DNA of 40,059 nucleotides, from assembly GCA_029259455.1 (NCBI GenBank), contig JAPDIT010000040.1:1-40059 (forward strand), given 5' to 3'. The first letter of the stretch is position 1, and the number at the start of each line of letters is the position of its first letter. This DNA is from Archaeoglobi archaeon. GTDB lineage: Archaea; Halobacteriota; Archaeoglobi; Archaeoglobales; Archaeoglobaceae. The position numbers were made by a program, and so were the translations under genes. The notes beneath the pieces were generated by a model, which did not search any database, had not been told where the DNA came from, and was given only the letters and a program-made list of their open reading frames with translations. Below, piece by piece: positions 39,759 to 40,059 of the stretch.

Positions 39759-39845
39759 CCCTTTTCAGCAGACCGATGTAAAAGCCTGCAGTTAGTTCGG
39801 TCCATGCATCTAGAATGCGGTGGATTGACTTAACAGGCAAAAAGG
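39759..39845 (+). ncRNA. Candidate bridge/seek guide RNA of the IS110 element
   Basis: Stem GCCT(GCA)GTTAG / TTAAC-AGGC encloses a ~9+10 nt internal loop capped by hairpin TGCAT-CTAGA-ATGCG. One loop strand (TGGATTGAC) equals the insertion junction. Confidence 0.6.
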
Positions 39846-39856
39846 ATGGTGGAAGT

Positions 39857-40059
39857 GTGGTGGAAGCACGAATAGGTGGTTATCCGGTCTGCATCGGATT
39901 GGATGTGCACAAAAGGTATTCGTATGTAGCTGTAGTTGACGAGCTGGGAGAAATAGTAGAGGAAAAAAGAATAGAAAACACAAAGGAATCTCTACAAAAA
40001 TTCGCATCAAAATACAAAGCTAAAGCTGTAATAGAGGCAACATCCAACTACAGGTTCAT
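39857..40059 (+). CDS. IS110-family DEDD transposase/recombinase, 5' part
   Basis: Open frame VVEARIGGYPVCIGLDVHKRYSYVAVVDELGEIVEEKRIENT...AVIEATSNYRF contains the first two DEDD residues (GLDVHK, IEAT). GTG start follows GGTGG; an in-frame ATG at 39815 is an alternative. Not in the ORF track because it has no stop in the window. Confidence 0.88.
   Translation, partial: MVEARIGGYPVCIGLDVHKRYSYVAVVDELGEIVEEKRIENTKESLQKFASKYKAKAVIEATSNYRF

Larger units (their letters stand above)
39746..40059 (+). mobile_element. IS110-family element, left end and start of recombinase (runs off the window)
   Basis: ~110-nt non-coding left end followed by a DEDD-domain ORF; no IS481/IS5-type terminal repeat. 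Boundary inferred from where the host transposase frame breaks. Confidence 0.8.

Noticed and set aside
39847-39866. Direct repeat TGGTGGAAG x2, and GTGTGGT as a possible donor guide for the IS110 left end
   Set aside because: Short, overlaps the SD/start codon, and the right end needed to test donor pairing is outside the window.
1-40059. CRISPR array or rRNA genes
   Set aside because: No regularly spaced repeats or rRNA-like sequence seen; intergenic gaps are too short.

Overview
Archaeal chromosome segment; gene content and protein sequences look like Archaeoglobus (A. fulgidus-like). It is mostly housekeeping genes: pelota, trkAH, an acyl-CoA ligase, purA, tRNA-Ser(UGA), a complete A1A0 ATP synthase operon (H-I-K-E-C-F-A-B-D), purD, pus10, prefoldin beta, pcc1, an Lhr helicase, an Lrp regulator, argJ, pgk, ilvBN, DNA polymerase D large subunit, an ADP-ribosylglycohydrolase and a Ku + ATP-dependent ligase pair. 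Two decayed IS481-type copies and three pseudogenes interrupt these. Two signals missed by the ORF track stand out. (1) At the right edge, an IS110-family recombinase gene is preceded by a structured ~110-nt non-coding leader. Its internal loop carries an exact copy of the insertion-junction sequence on one side and, on the other side, the complement of a sequence that would restore the interrupted host transposase's reading frame. This makes it a candidate archaeal bridge/seek RNA that targets another IS. (2) A leaderless 18-codon ORF ending in LVVVRLVLLF lies directly upstream of ilvBN and is a candidate branched-chain amino-acid attenuation leader peptide in an archaeon. All assignments come from motif recognition by eye; no searches or folding calculations were run.
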